From Thermoanaerobaculia bacterium (GTDB lineage: Bacteria > Acidobacteriota > Thermoanaerobaculia > Multivoradales > Multivoraceae), in assembly GCA_963666565.1 (NCBI GenBank), contig OY762911.1:288001-352000 (forward strand): 64,000 nucleotides of DNA. The letters are read 5' to 3'. The notes beneath the pieces were generated by a model, which ran no database searches, was not told the DNA's origin, and saw nothing but the letters and a program-made list of their open reading frames with translations. Numbering within the stretch: position 1 is the stretch's first letter; every line of letters begins with the position of its first letter. The translations under genes and the position numbers were made by a program. Positions 1 to 10,116 of the stretch are shown one piece after another.

Positions 1-1
1 C

Positions 2-397
2 GCCATCGCCTCGCCGCCGGGCTACGAGGTCGCGGGCAAGTACCTCGACCTGGCGCACGGATTCGCCGCCGGCAGCGGCGCCGCGGTCGAGACCGGCGAC
101 GACCCGGCGGCCGCCGCCGCCGGCGCCGACGCCGTCTACAGCGACGTCTGGACCTCGATGGGCCAGGAGGACGAGCGGCAGCAGCGCCTCGCCGACTTCG
201 CCGGCTACACCGTCGACGACGCGCTGATGGCCCGGGCCGCCGACCACGCGATCTACCTCCACTGCCTGCCCTGCCACCGTGGCGAGGAAGTGACGGCTTC
301 CGTCGTCGACGGTCCGCGGAGCCGCGTCTTCGACCAGGCCGAGAACCGCCTGCACACCCAGAAGGCCGTCATGCTGCGCTTGCTCGACCGCGCGTAG
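2..397 (+). CDS. argF: Ornithine carbamoyltransferase, 5'-truncated by window edge
   Basis: YSDVWTSMGQE, HCLP and DQAENRLH motifs of OTCases. Confidence 0.93.
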   Translation, partial: AIASPPGYEVAGKYLDLAHGFAAGSGAAVETGDDPAAAAAGADAVYSDVWTSMGQEDERQQRLADFAGYTVDDALMARAADHAIYLHCLPCHRGEEVTASVVDGPRSRVFDQAENRLHTQKAVMLRLLDRA

Positions 398-452
398 GCA
401 AGCGGATCGGGCGGTGCGGCGCACCCGTCGGCCTGGGCTTCGATCGCTTAGC

Positions 453-1412
453 ATGGTCGCCATGAACCGCCCGTGCAACTTGTCCCGCGGTGCCGTCGTC
501 GCCGCCTTGTGCGCCGCGCTGCCCTGCATCCCGGATGCGGTCGCCGCCCAGGGTGAGCGCGACGGCGGCTTCTACCTGGGCCTCCAGGCCGGCGCCGCGT
601 TCCCCTCGTCGGTGAAGTCGGCCCGCCGCTACGTGAGCCACCCGACCCGCTGCGACGTGCTGCTGTATCCGCCGTCGGTGAGTCCTCCCGTTGACGATCC
701 GGCCTGCATCGACAGCATGCCCAGGGCCACGAGCAACGAGTTCGACCCCGGCGCCGGGCCGGCCAGCGGCTTCGTGGCCGGCTACGCGACCAGCGGCGGC
801 CTGCGGTTCGAGGTGGAGTACCTGAACGCGTCGCTCGGCAGCGACGAGTCGCCGGTCGGCAGCGGGACGAACACCGTGCTTCAGACCAAGACCTCGGAGT
901 GGAGCAACGAACAACCGCCCTTCGAGTGGATCGGCGAGTACACGGTGCACCAGGCGTTCGCCAATGTGTACTACGACTTCCTCAACGACTCGCGCTGGAC
1001 GCCGTTCGTCGGGGCCGGCATCGGTTGGGCCGCGGCGGAACTGAACTACTTCCTGCAGTTCGTCCGCAAGCCCGAAGCGGAGTACCTGCGGATCGACTTC
1101 GATCCGGACTGGCCGGACGAGGCGAAACGCGCCGCCGCGGGAACCGTGAGCATGCTGGACACCTACCCGAGCCAGGACGTTTTCGGGTATCAGGCGCTGG
1201 CCGGAGTCGACTACGCGCTGACCGAACGCACCTCGCTGGGCCTTGCGCTCCGCTGGGCCAGGTTCGACGACATCGACCACGAGGCGCCGTACAACCTGGT
1301 TCGCAGCCACGCGGGAGTACTCGCCGACGGGGTCACGCCGTTCAACAACGATCTGGAGTTCTCGGACGTCGGCTATCGGGCGCTCACCATCGGCCTGAAG
1401 TACCACTTCTGA
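453..1412 (+). CDS. Outer-membrane beta-barrel protein (OmpA/Msp2-P44-like)
   Basis: Signal peptide (AVAAQ), GFYLG, ANVYYDF, PFVGAGIG, YQALAGVDY strands, C-terminal GLKYHF; start uncertain (453/462). Confidence 0.8.
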   Translation: MVAMNRPCNLSRGAVVAALCAALPCIPDAVAAQGERDGGFYLGLQAGAAFPSSVKSARRYVSHPTRCDVLLYPPSVSPPVDDPACIDSMPRATSNEFDPGAGPASGFVAGYATSGGLRFEVEYLNASLGSDESPVGSGTNTVLQTKTSEWSNEQPPFEWIGEYTVHQAFANVYYDFLNDSRWTPFVGAGIGWAAAELNYFLQFVRKPEAEYLRIDFDPDWPDEAKRAAAGTVSMLDTYPSQDVFGYQALAGVDYALTERTSLGLALRWARFDDIDHEAPYNLVRSHAGVLADGVTPFNNDLEFSDVGYRALTIGLKYHF

Positions 1413-1420
1413 TCTCGCCC

Positions 1421-1563
1421 GCTGGGTGCGCGGGTCTTCCGACCCGCCTTGGGCGGAGGCGCGGAGCGGCGCAGCCCGGAAAGAAAGGCCGCCGGCCGAA
1501 GGCCGGCGACGATGTTGGACGCCGCCTGCGGCGGCAGCGGGTCGGAAGACCCGCGCACCCAGC
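1421..1563. repeat. REPIN/MITE-like palindromic element, full copy
   Basis: Perfect 27-bp terminal inverted repeats 1421-1447 and 1537-1563; each arm has a GCGGGTC-GGAA-GACCCGC hairpin. Confidence 0.92.
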
Positions 1564-1599
1564 AACCGGGCTAAGCGCAGTTTCCACAACGATTTACGC

Positions 1600-1608
1600 T
1601 GGTAGACT
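1600..1608 (+). promoter_or_regulatory. Extended -10 (TGgTAGACT) of probably leaderless purB
   Basis: TAGACT ends 6 nt before ATG 1615, no SD. Confidence 0.55.
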
Positions 1609-1614
1609 CGGCCC

Positions 1615-3045
1615 ATGGCCGCACCCCGGGAGGCGCCGCAGAACCCGCTTCACGAGCGCTACGCGAGCGCGGAGATGGCGCGGCTGTTCTCGGCCCGGCA
1701 CCGGTTCCGGACCTGGCGGCGGCTGTGGATCTGCCTGGCCGAGAACCAGGCGGCGCTGGGCCTCCCGATCGCCGAACGCCAGCTCGACGCGCTGCGCGCC
1801 CACGCCGACGATCTCGACCTGGAACGTGTGGCCGCGCTCGAACGCGAGACGCGCCACGACGTGGTGGCCCACCTGCGCCACTTCGCCGAGGTCAGCGGCG
1901 ACGCCGGCAGCATCCTTCACCTCGGCGCCACGTCGGCGTTCATCACCGACAACACGGACGCGCTGATCGTCCGGGACGCCCTCGACCTGGTCGCGGGCAG
2001 GCTGGCGGCCACCGTCGCCGAACTCGCCTCCTTCGCGCGCAGGGAGCGCACCACCACCGCGCTCGCCTACACCCACTTCCAGTCCGCCCAGTTGACGACG
2101 CTGGGCAAGCGCGCCTGCCTGTGGCTCCAGGACTTCCTGACCGACCTGGAGGAGGTCGCCGGCCGCCGCGACCGCCTGCGCTGCCGGGGCGCCAAGGGCA
2201 CCACCGGAACCCAGGCCTCCTTCCTCACCCTGTTCGGCGGCGACCACGGCAAGGTCCGGGAACTCGATGCCCGGGTCGCCGCGGACCTCGGCTTCGGGGC
2301 GAGCTGGCGCGTCACCGGCCAGACCTACCCGCGCAAGCAGGACAGCCAGGTCCTGCACACGCTGTCGGGGACCGCGGAGAGCTGCCACAAGTTCGGCAGC
2401 GACCTCCGGCTGCTGCAGGGCGTCGGCGAGCTCTCGGAGCCGTTCGACGAGGACCAGGTCGGCTCTTCCGCCATGGCTTACAAGCGCAACCCGGTGCGCG
2501 CCGAGCGCATGTGCTCGCTGTCGCGGCGGGTGATGAGCGACTCCCTGCACGGGGCGCTCAACGCCGGCACCCAGTGGCTCGAGCGCAGCCTCGACGACTC
2601 GGCCAACCGGCGCCTCGTGCTGACCGACTCCTTCCTGACCGTCGACGCCGTGCTGCTGCTGGCCGCGAACATCGCCCAGGGGCTGCGGGTGAACGAGGCG
2701 GCAACCGCGGCCCGCGTCGAGCGCGAGCTTCCCTTCATGGCCACCGAGACCTTCCTGATGGAGGCGTCGCTGCGCGGCGGCGACCGCCAGGAACTGCACG
2801 AGCGCATCCGCCGCCACAGCCTCGCGGCCTACGCGCGGGTCTCGGCGGGAGAGCGGAATCCCCTGATCGACCTGATCGCCGCCGACTCGGCGTTCGGGCT
2901 CGACCGCGACGAACTCGAATCCCTGGTCGACGCGGACTCCTTCACCGGTCGTTCCGCCCAGCAGGTGGACGACTTCCTCGCCGAGGCCGTCGAACCCGCG
3001 CTCGCCCGGCACCGCGCGGCGGCGATCGAGCCGCCGAGGGTGTAG
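1615..3045 (+). CDS. purB: Adenylosuccinate lyase
   Basis: RHDVVAH, HLGATS, GSSAMAYKRNP signature. Confidence 0.96.
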   Translation: MAAPREAPQNPLHERYASAEMARLFSARHRFRTWRRLWICLAENQAALGLPIAERQLDALRAHADDLDLERVAALERETRHDVVAHLRHFAEVSGDAGSILHLGATSAFITDNTDALIVRDALDLVAGRLAATVAELASFARRERTTTALAYTHFQSAQLTTLGKRACLWLQDFLTDLEEVAGRRDRLRCRGAKGTTGTQASFLTLFGGDHGKVRELDARVAADLGFGASWRVTGQTYPRKQDSQVLHTLSGTAESCHKFGSDLRLLQGVGELSEPFDEDQVGSSAMAYKRNPVRAERMCSLSRRVMSDSLHGALNAGTQWLERSLDDSANRRLVLTDSFLTVDAVLLLAANIAQGLRVNEAATAARVERELPFMATETFLMEASLRGGDRQELHERIRRHSLAAYARVSAGERNPLIDLIAADSAFGLDRDELESLVDADSFTGRSAQQVDDFLAEAVEPALARHRAAAIEPPRV

Positions 3046-3050
3046 CGCCG

Positions 3051-3815
3051 ATGCGCCGGCCGCGCTCCATGCCCCGCGACCGAACGAACCGTCGCGGGCC
3101 GCGTCCGTCCGGACCCCCGCCGACCTCGGCCCGAACACCGCTCGCGGCGGCGCTCGCCGCCCTGTTCGCCGCCGCCTTCCTGGCCGGGTGCGCCTCGACC
3201 GCCCGCCTCGAGTCGCCGCGCCGCGGGACCAGCCAGACGGGTCTCGCCTCCTGGTACGGCGCCAAGTTCCACGGCCGGCCCACCGCCAGCGGCGAGATCT
3301 ACGACATGAACCGCATCTCGGCTGCCCACAAGCAGTTGCCGCTCGGCACCGTGGTCCGGGTCAGGAACCGCGACAACGGCAAGAAGCTGAGGGTGCCGAT
3401 CAACGACCGCGGCCCCTTCATCGAGGGCCGCATCATCGACCTCTCCGTCGGCGCCGCCCGCAAGCTCGAGATGTTCGGCCAGGGCCTCGCCAAGGTCCGC
3501 ATCGAAGTCGTCCGCGTGGCGCCGAAGAAGCGCAAGCTGCCGATCTCCTACCCGGCCCGCGGCGGCAAGGTCCGCAAGGCGGACCGCGAGGATCGCCGGG
3601 GCGGCTACACCATCCAGGCCGGCGCTTTCAGCAAGCGCAGCAGGGCCGTGGAGCTCGCCCGCCGCCTCCGCCGCGAACTCGACCTGGACAACGTGAAGAT
3701 CACCCGGGGCGGAGGGGTGCACCGCGTCCGCATCGAACGCCGCCGCCGGCAGGCCGCCGACGACATCCTCAGGCGCCTGAAGGAAGCCGGTATCTCCGCC
3801 TTCCTCATGGGCTGA
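3051..3815 (+). CDS. rlpA: Septal ring lytic transglycosylase RlpA-family lipoprotein with SPOR-like C-terminus
   Basis: Lipobox LAGC, GLASWYG...TASGEIYD, AAHKQLP, INDRGPF, IIDLS; YTIQAGAF SPOR motif. Confidence 0.92.
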   Translation: MRRPRSMPRDRTNRRGPRPSGPPPTSARTPLAAALAALFAAAFLAGCASTARLESPRRGTSQTGLASWYGAKFHGRPTASGEIYDMNRISAAHKQLPLGTVVRVRNRDNGKKLRVPINDRGPFIEGRIIDLSVGAARKLEMFGQGLAKVRIEVVRVAPKKRKLPISYPARGGKVRKADREDRRGGYTIQAGAFSKRSRAVELARRLRRELDLDNVKITRGGGVHRVRIERRRRQAADDILRRLKEAGISAFLMG

Positions 3816-3827
3816 CGACCGGCGACG

Positions 3828-5402
3828 CTACGAGAGGTCGACCAGGTCGACCGAGATCGACTCGTCGAGCGCCTTGAGGGCGGCGAGGCACTCTTCGCCG
3901 GGCGCCTCGTCGAGGCGCAGGACGGCCAGGGCGTCGCGGGCGCCGGGCTCGCGGGCCAGGTGGATGTCGGCGATGTTGATGTCGTCGTTGCCGAGCAGGG
4001 TGCCGAGCCGGCCGACGAAGCCGGGCACGTCGCGGTTGCGGACGATGAGCAGCAGTCCCTCGGGCCGGAACTCCAGGCGGAAGCCTCCGAACGAGACGAC
4101 CCGGAGGTCGCCCTGGCGGTAGACGGTGCCGGCGACCTGGATGCCGGCGCCTTTGGCGTTCCGGGTCTCGACGCGCACCAGGTGGGCGTAGGAGGCCTGG
4201 TCGCTGTGCGTCGCCTGCACGAGTTCGACGCGGCGGTCGGCGGCGGTCCGTTCGGCGTTCACGTAGTTCACGGCTTCGCCGCAGGAGGGCGTGAGCGCGC
4301 CCTTGAGCGCGGCAACGGCGACCGACTTGCGGAGGTCCGCGTCGACTCCCCACAGATCGGCCTGCACGCGCTTCAGGCTGCCACCGACGCTGACCGCGGC
4401 CAGACGGCCGAGCTGCTCGGAGAGGCGCAGGTACGGCTCGCCGCGAGCCCCCGAGGAGCGGAACGGCAGGTTCACCGCCGAGACGGCGAGCGAACCCTCG
4501 AGCGCCGCCAGCACCATGCGCGCGGTCTCGGTGGCAATCCGCTCCTGCGCCTCGGAGGTCTGGGCGCCGATGTGGGGCGTCGCCACCACCCGGGGGTGGG
4601 CGGCCAGCCGGTAGTCCGTCGGCGGTTCCACCGGGAACACGTCGAGGCCGGCGCCCGCCAGCTTGCCGGAGTCGAGCGCCTCGAGCAGCGCCTCCGCGTC
4701 GACGACGCCGCCCCGGCCGACGTTGATCACCGCCGCGCCGTCTTTCATGGAAGCGATGCGGCGGCGGTTCAGCATGTTCCGGGTCTGATCGGTGAGCGGC
4801 GTGTGGAAGGTGATGAAGTCCGAGCCCGCCAGCAGGTCGTCGAGCGAGGTCGGCTCGACGTCCAACCGCTGGGCGACCTCGGCCTGCAGGTACGGGTCGT
4901 AGGCCAGGACGTCCATCTCGAACGCGCGGGCGCGGCGGGCGACCCGCTGGCCGATCTGGCCGAAACCGACGATCCCCAGCGTCTTGCCGTGGAGCTCGCT
5001 GCCGACGTGGCTCTTGCGGTCCCAGCGCCCCGCCTTCAGCGAGGCGTCGGCGGCGGGGATCCGCCGCGCCAGCGCCAGCAGCAGGGCGAACGTGTGCTCC
5101 GTGGCCGAGAGCGAGTTCGCGGTCGGCGCGTTGATGACCAGCACGCCGCGTTGCGTGGCGGCGGCCACGTCGATGTTGTCGACGCCGACCCCGGCCCGGC
5201 CCACCACCCTGAGGCGGTCGCCGCCCTCCAGCACATCGCGCGTGATCTGCGTGCCGCTGCGAACGATGACGGCGTCGTAGTCGGCGATCAGCGAAGCGAG
5301 CCGCGGCCGGTCCTCGTCTTGAAGCTGGTCCACTTCCGCGCTCCGGCGCAGGACGTCGGCGCCGGCCGGCGCCAGGGGGTCGGCAATCAGGATCCGCAGC
5401 AT
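3828..5402 (-). CDS. serA: D-3-phosphoglycerate dehydrogenase
   Basis: GRAGVGVDNID, GIVGFGQIG, TPHIGAQT, C-terminal ACT domain; ATG at 5402. Confidence 0.95.
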   Translation of the reverse strand: MLRILIADPLAPAGADVLRRSAEVDQLQDEDRPRLASLIADYDAVIVRSGTQITRDVLEGGDRLRVVGRAGVGVDNIDVAAATQRGVLVINAPTANSLSATEHTFALLLALARRIPAADASLKAGRWDRKSHVGSELHGKTLGIVGFGQIGQRVARRARAFEMDVLAYDPYLQAEVAQRLDVEPTSLDDLLAGSDFITFHTPLTDQTRNMLNRRRIASMKDGAAVINVGRGGVVDAEALLEALDSGKLAGAGLDVFPVEPPTDYRLAAHPRVVATPHIGAQTSEAQERIATETARMVLAALEGSLAVSAVNLPFRSSGARGEPYLRLSEQLGRLAAVSVGGSLKRVQADLWGVDADLRKSVAVAALKGALTPSCGEAVNYVNAERTAADRRVELVQATHSDQASYAHLVRVETRNAKGAGIQVAGTVYRQGDLRVVSFGGFRLEFRPEGLLLIVRNRDVPGFVGRLGTLLGNDDINIADIHLAREPGARDALAVLRLDEAPGEECLAALKALDESISVDLVDLS

Positions 5403-5503
5403 GGAGGCGGATTGTTGCAGCGCTTCAGGAGTACGGCAAGACCGGCGGCGCGGCCCGCGAACTCGTCTTCCCCCGCGGCCCGGCAGCGGGGCCGCGGCCC
5501 GCA

Positions 5504-6688
5504 TCACGGATACAGCAGGACCGCCTCGCGCTCGGCCCGGAATTCACCCTCGTCGTGGCGCCAGCTCGCGAACCAGGCATCGAGCGCGTCCGGCGCGTCG
5601 AGTGCGCGGCGGAAGCGGTCGCCGCCGGCCAGCAGGTCGATTGCCGGCGTGTCCGACACGAACTCGTAGGGCTCGGCCCGCCACTCGAAGGACGTCCCGA
5701 GGACGTCGCGAAACGCGAGCACCAGCTCGAAGCCCAGCCGAACCGGCCGAACGGCTCCGGCGTCCGCCACCCGCAGTTCCACGCCGGCGCAGACCCTGCC
5801 CGCGTGCTTCTGGAACTGGGGCCGGAACAGGGCGGGAATCACGGAAACCCCGTCGAGCCCGGCAGCATCGAGCCGGCAGCGGCAGCGGTCCGCGAGGGCG
5901 AGCGCGTCGGCGCCGGGCATGCCGAGCAGGTGGAACGGCCGCGTCGTGCCCCGGCCCTCGGAGACGTTGGTCGCCTCGAACAGGCAGAGCCCCGGGTAGA
6001 TGGCCGCGGTGTCCGGCGCCGGCATGTTCGGCGAGGGCGCCGTCCACGACCAGCCCGTGTCCTCCCAGGTCTGCCCGCGCCGCCAGCCCTCGACCTCGAA
6101 GACGGTCAGCGGAGCGGCGGCCCAGCCACGCCGGCGCGCCTCCAGCAGGACGATCTCCGCCAGCGTCAGGCCGTGGCGCTGCGGCATCCGGAACGCGCCC
6201 ACGAAGGAGGCGAAGTCCAGGTCGAGCAGGTTGCCTTCCACCTCTCGGCCGCCCAGGGGGTTCGGACGGTCGAGGATCCAGACCTCGCAGTCCGCGGCGA
6301 GCGCCGCCTCGGCGGCCCACACGGCGGTGGCGGCGAAGGTGTAGTAGCGCGCTCCCACGTCCTGGAGATCGATAACCAGCAGGTCGCAGCCGTCGAAGAC
6401 CTCCGGCCGGGGACGCAGGCTGGCGGCCTGCTCGCCGTAGAGGGAGACGACCGGGGCGCCCGTCCACGGATCCCGTTCGTCCCGCGAGGCGACCATGTCC
6501 TGTTCGACGCCGTAGAAGCCGTGCTCGGGGCCGAGCAGGGCCGCCGGCGGCTGCGCCGCTCGGAGGGCCACATGGGCGTGGACGCCGTCGCGGCTCAGCG
6601 AAGCCTGGTGGCACAGGAGCGCGTAGCGGCGCCCCGCAAGAAGCCCCGCGTCGTCGAGCAGGCGGTCGAGGCCGGACCGGATCGCCAT
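5504..6688 (-). CDS. DUF1343 / NamZ-family exo-beta-N-acetylmuramidase
   Basis: GPEHGF, DLQDVGARYYTF, LDRPNPLGG, SPNMP, SEGRGTT motifs. Confidence 0.88.
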   Translation of the reverse strand: MAIRSGLDRLLDDAGLLAGRRYALLCHQASLSRDGVHAHVALRAAQPPAALLGPEHGFYGVEQDMVASRDERDPWTGAPVVSLYGEQAASLRPRPEVFDGCDLLVIDLQDVGARYYTFAATAVWAAEAALAADCEVWILDRPNPLGGREVEGNLLDLDFASFVGAFRMPQRHGLTLAEIVLLEARRRGWAAAPLTVFEVEGWRRGQTWEDTGWSWTAPSPNMPAPDTAAIYPGLCLFEATNVSEGRGTTRPFHLLGMPGADALALADRCRCRLDAAGLDGVSVIPALFRPQFQKHAGRVCAGVELRVADAGAVRPVRLGFELVLAFRDVLGTSFEWRAEPYEFVSDTPAIDLLAGGDRFRRALDAPDALDAWFASWRHDEGEFRAEREAVLLYP

Positions 6689-6709
6689 GATCGGCGGAAC
6701 TACCAGACT

Positions 6710-7189
6710 CTAGGAGCTCGCGCCGCGGCGGTACTCGCCGCTCCGGCCGCCGCTCTTGCCTTCCAGCAGCAGGTCGGTGACGACCGCGCCGCGTTCGACC
6801 GACTTGACCATGTCGTAGAGCGCGAGAGCCGCCGCGGCGCACGCGGTCAGCGCTTCCATCTCGGCGCCGGTGCGGGCCGTGGCGACGACGCGGCTCCGGA
6901 TCCTGACGCCGCCGTCGGTCGGCTCGATCTCCACCTCGATCTGGTCGAGCGGAAGGGGATGGGCCAGGGGAATCCACGTCGCCGTGCCCTTCGCGGCCTG
7001 CACGCCCGCGATCCGGGCCACGGTCAGCGCGTCGCCCTTGGGCAGGCTCTCCAGACGCTCGACGGTCGGCGCGGAGAGCAGCACGCGGCAGGAGGCTTCG
7101 GCCACGCGGCGGGTCACGTCCTTGGCGGAGACGTCGACCATGGCGGCCCGGCCGCGGCTGTCGAGGTGGCTGAAGGCGTCGGCGCTCAT
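6710..7189 (-). CDS. moaC: Cyclic pyranopterin monophosphate synthase
   Basis: MVDVSAK, KGDALTVARIAG, TGAEMEAL, YDMVKS, KSGG. Confidence 0.95.
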   Translation of the reverse strand: MSADAFSHLDSRGRAAMVDVSAKDVTRRVAEASCRVLLSAPTVERLESLPKGDALTVARIAGVQAAKGTATWIPLAHPLPLDQIEVEIEPTDGGVRIRSRVVATARTGAEMEALTACAAAALALYDMVKSVERGAVVTDLLLEGKSGGRSGEYRRGASS

Positions 7190-7363
7190 CCCGGCGGCGC
7201 CGGAGCGCGCGGGAGGCCGCCGGCGTCGCTCGCTAACCTACAGCAGCCCGTGGCGAAAGTCGCGCCGCCGTCGATGCGCGCTTCCGCCGCGGACCGCCGA
7301 CAGCCAATGCGTCTCGCGATCGCCATACGCCACCCGGATCGCTCGCCTCCCTGAGAGTTCCCG

Positions 7364-8047
7364 ATGCGCCTGGCCATCGTCATGCCCGTGCTCGATGAGG
7401 CGTCGCGGATACAGGCCGCCGTCGCCGCGGCGCGGCGCCACTGCGACCTGCTGATCGTCGTCGACGGCGGCAGCGGCGACGGCACCGCCGACCTGGCTGC
7501 CGGCGCCGGCGCGCGGGTCGAGACCGTGCCGCGGGCCGGGCGCGGGCTCCAGTTGCGAACGGGCGCCGACCTGGCGATCGAGGCGGGGGCCGAGGCACTG
7601 CTGTTCCTCCACGCCGACGCGCGGTTGCCGGCGGCGGCGCGACCCGCGGTGGAACGAGCGGTGAGGAACGGTGCGGCGGGCGGCGGATTCCTGATCGACT
7701 TCGAGGCGGCTCCGCGGCTGCTGCGATGGGGACGCGGGCTCATCGACGTCCGCACGCGCCGGCTGCGCCTGCCGCTCGGCGACCAGGCCCAGTTCGCGAC
7801 GGCGGCCGCCTACGCCGCCTGCGGCGGCTTCCCGGACCTGCCGATCCTGGAGGACCTGGATTTCATCCGCCGCCTGCGCCGGCAGGGGCCGATCTCGATC
7901 GTCGAGCGGCGCGTGACGACGTCGTCCAGACGCTTCGTGGAGCGAGGCGTCGTGCGCACGGTGGCGACGAACTGGCTGATCTGGCTGCTGTTCGCCGCCG
8001 GCGTGAAGCCGGCGCGGCTGGCGGGCCTCTACCCCCTGGTGCGGTAG
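7364..8047 (+). CDS. GT2 glycosyltransferase (TIGR04283-like)
   Basis: MPVLDE, VVDGGSGD, LLFLHAD, GDQAQF, LEDLDF, TSSRRF. Confidence 0.85.
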   Translation: MRLAIVMPVLDEASRIQAAVAAARRHCDLLIVVDGGSGDGTADLAAGAGARVETVPRAGRGLQLRTGADLAIEAGAEALLFLHADARLPAAARPAVERAVRNGAAGGGFLIDFEAAPRLLRWGRGLIDVRTRRLRLPLGDQAQFATAAAYAACGGFPDLPILEDLDFIRRLRRQGPISIVERRVTTSSRRFVERGVVRTVATNWLIWLLFAAGVKPARLAGLYPLVR

Positions 8048-8090
8048 CGCCAGGAGGCAGAGGCGACGCGCCTGCATGGAGCCGGCCTTG

Positions 8091-8153
8091 CGGCCGGCGC
8101 GCCCTTTGGCTGCCTTCGGCGGGAGCGGGTCGGAGGACCCGCGCACGCAGCGG
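8091..8153. repeat. Partial copy (one arm) of the palindromic repeat family
   Basis: GCGGGTCGGAGGACCCGCGCACGCAG between convergent genes. Confidence 0.8.
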
Positions 8154-8155
8154 AC

Positions 8156-8431
8156 CTAGTTGAGCGCGTCCTTCAGGGGACGGCTGACCTTGAACCGAAC
8201 GCCGTTGCTGGCCGCGATCGTCAGGGCCTCGCCGGTCTTCGGGTTGCGCCCTGCGCGGGCCGCTCGGTGCGACACGGAGAAGCTCCCGAGGCCGGGAAGC
8301 TGCACGCGGTCGCCGCTCTGCAGATGGCTCGAGATGCTGTCGATCAGGGACTGGACGGCATCCGCCGCCTGCTTCTTGCTGAGACCCGCGCCCTCGGCGA
8401 CGGCGTCTACGATGTCTGCCTTTCCGGCCAT
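8156..8431 (-). CDS. HU family DNA-binding protein
   Basis: GKADIV, GLGSF, RAGRNPKTGE, VRFK. Confidence 0.95.
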   Translation of the reverse strand: MAGKADIVDAVAEGAGLSKKQAADAVQSLIDSISSHLQSGDRVQLPGLGSFSVSHRAARAGRNPKTGEALTIAASNGVRFKVSRPLKDALN

Positions 8432-8497
8432 CGAACATCCTCCTCAAGAGTCGGTTATACTCGCCGGTTTTGTTCGTGAAACCCGCGAAGCCCCGAG

Positions 8498-8527
8498 AAT
8501 CTATGGCAACACGTTGAGTATTGTCAA
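8498..8527 (-). promoter_or_regulatory. Sigma70-type promoter of HU gene (TTGACA-N18-TAGATT)
   Basis: Perfect -35 and TAnnnT -10 in an AT-rich patch upstream of GAGG-RBS/ATG. Confidence 0.65.
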
Positions 8528-8709
8528 TGTTGACATACGTTTCCGGCCGGTAGAGGCGACCTTCCCCGGCGCAGCCCAGCGCCTGCGGCCGCCTCTGGAA
8601 CGCTCGATGGGTCCGGGCGTCCGCGCTGGCGCGATCCGCGCTACCCACGAACCAGTCCTTGGGCACGTCACCGCCGCGCGGACGACAGGCCCTCGCACCG
8701 GCACGCGCT

Positions 8710-10116
8710 TCAGCCAGCCGAACGCCGGAGCGCCTGGACGGTGAAGCCGTCGTGCTCTTCGCCCGGCAGCAGCCGCCACAGGCCCGGCGCCTGCACGTGG
8801 TCGGCCGCCGGCCGCCGCAGATCGGCGCTCAGGTCCTGCGGCTCGAAGTCGGGCCGGGACTCCCGGAAGGCCGAGACGACCTCCTCGTTCTCCTCGGGTT
8901 CGATCGAGCAGGTGACGACGACGAGCAACCCCCCGGGCCGCACGCACTCGGCCGCGCCGCGGACGAGCGACCGGGCCTGCTCCGCCAGCCGCTCGATCTC
9001 GGCCGCGCTGATGCGCCACTTGAGTTCCGGGTGCTTGCGCAGGGTGCCGGTGCCGCTGCACGGCAGGTCGACGACCACCCGGTCGAAGCGGTCGCCGAAC
9101 GGGAGGGCGGCGCCGTCGGCGGCGCACAGGAACGGCGCCAGAGCCAGGCGTGCGGCGTTGCGGCGCATCGTCTGCAGGCGCGCGAGCGACACGTCGCTGG
9201 CCACGCAGAAGGCGTCCGGCTGGTCCGCCAGCAGCGCGAACGTCTTGCCGCCCGGCGCCGCGGCGATGTCGAGCACCCGTTCGCCGGGCGCGGGCGGCGG
9301 CACGAGCGCCGCCAGTTGACTCGCCTCGTCCTGGACGTAGAAGGCGCCGCGGCGCCAGGCCTCCGAGAAGAGCGGGTTGCCCCACTGGACCGTGAGGCAG
9401 TGCGGCGCCAGCACGGACGGCTCGACGCCGACATCGTCGTCGATCAACTGCTCCGCCAGCAGGGCGCGGCCGCCCCGGTCGCGGAAGGCGAGCAGATGGA
9501 GCGGCTTCGGCCGGTTGTTCGCGGTCAGGATGGCGATCGTCCGCTTCTCGCCGTAGGCGCGAAGCCAGCGTTCGACCAGCAGGTCCGGGTGCGAGTGCAG
9601 GACGCCGAGGCGGGCCGCGGGATCGGCCGCCTCGACCGGCCAGGCGTCGCGGCGGGGCGAACGGGCGATCCGCCGCAGCACGCCGTTGACGAAGCTGGCG
9701 CCGCCGGCGTGGGTGCGGCTCGCGGCCTGTTCGACCGCCTCGTTGACCGCGGCGTGCGCGGGAACCCGGTCCAGGAAGAAGAGCTGGTACACGCCCATCC
9801 GCAGCGGCGCCAGCAGGGAACGCTGGATCCGGTCCAGGGGCCGCCCGGAGGCCGAGGCGAGCACGTGGTCGATGAAGCGCAGCCAGCGCAGCGTCCCCAG
9901 CACGAGCTCCCGCAGCAGCCCATGATCCCTCGGGTCGCAGCGCTCGAGCGCGCCGTCCAGGAAGGTCGAGGCCGGCGCCCTGGACTCCAGGGTGCGCTCC
10001 AGCACGAAGGCGGCCGATTCCCGCACCTTGGCGTGGGCCGTCCGCGGCGCCTCCGCCCGGCGCCGGCGCCAACCGGGACCGGAACCCAGGTTCCGGATCG
10101 GCCGACGCCTGCTCAT
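8710..10116 (-). CDS. rsmB: 16S rRNA m5C967 methyltransferase RsmB/Sun
   Basis: NusB-like N-domain (AAVNEAVE, FVNGVLR), VQDEASQ, AAPGGKT, DLPCSGTG, TCS; coupled to fmt. Confidence 0.9.
   Translation of the reverse strand: MSRRRPIRNLGSGPGWRRRRAEAPRTAHAKVRESAAFVLERTLESRAPASTFLDGALERCDPRDHGLLRELVLGTLRWLRFIDHVLASASGRPLDRIQRSLLAPLRMGVYQLFFLDRVPAHAAVNEAVEQAASRTHAGGASFVNGVLRRIARSPRRDAWPVEAADPAARLGVLHSHPDLLVERWLRAYGEKRTIAILTANNRPKPLHLLAFRDRGGRALLAEQLIDDDVGVEPSVLAPHCLTVQWGNPLFSEAWRRGAFYVQDEASQLAALVPPPAPGERVLDIAAAPGGKTFALLADQPDAFCVASDVSLARLQTMRRNAARLALAPFLCAADGAALPFGDRFDRVVVDLPCSGTGTLRKHPELKWRISAAEIERLAEQARSLVRGAAECVRPGGLLVVVTCSIEPEENEEVVSAFRESRPDFEPQDLSADLRRPAADHVQAPGLWRLLPGEEHDGFTVQALRRSAG

Noticed and set aside
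7364-8047. Arsenosugar biosynthesis cluster
   Set aside because: Only the glycosyltransferase-like gene is present; no arsM, arsS or partner genes are adjacent
8522-8535. TGTCAA-tg-TTGACA palindrome as a divergent promoter
   Set aside because: No properly spaced -10 or credible gene on the + strand; may be only an operator or chance
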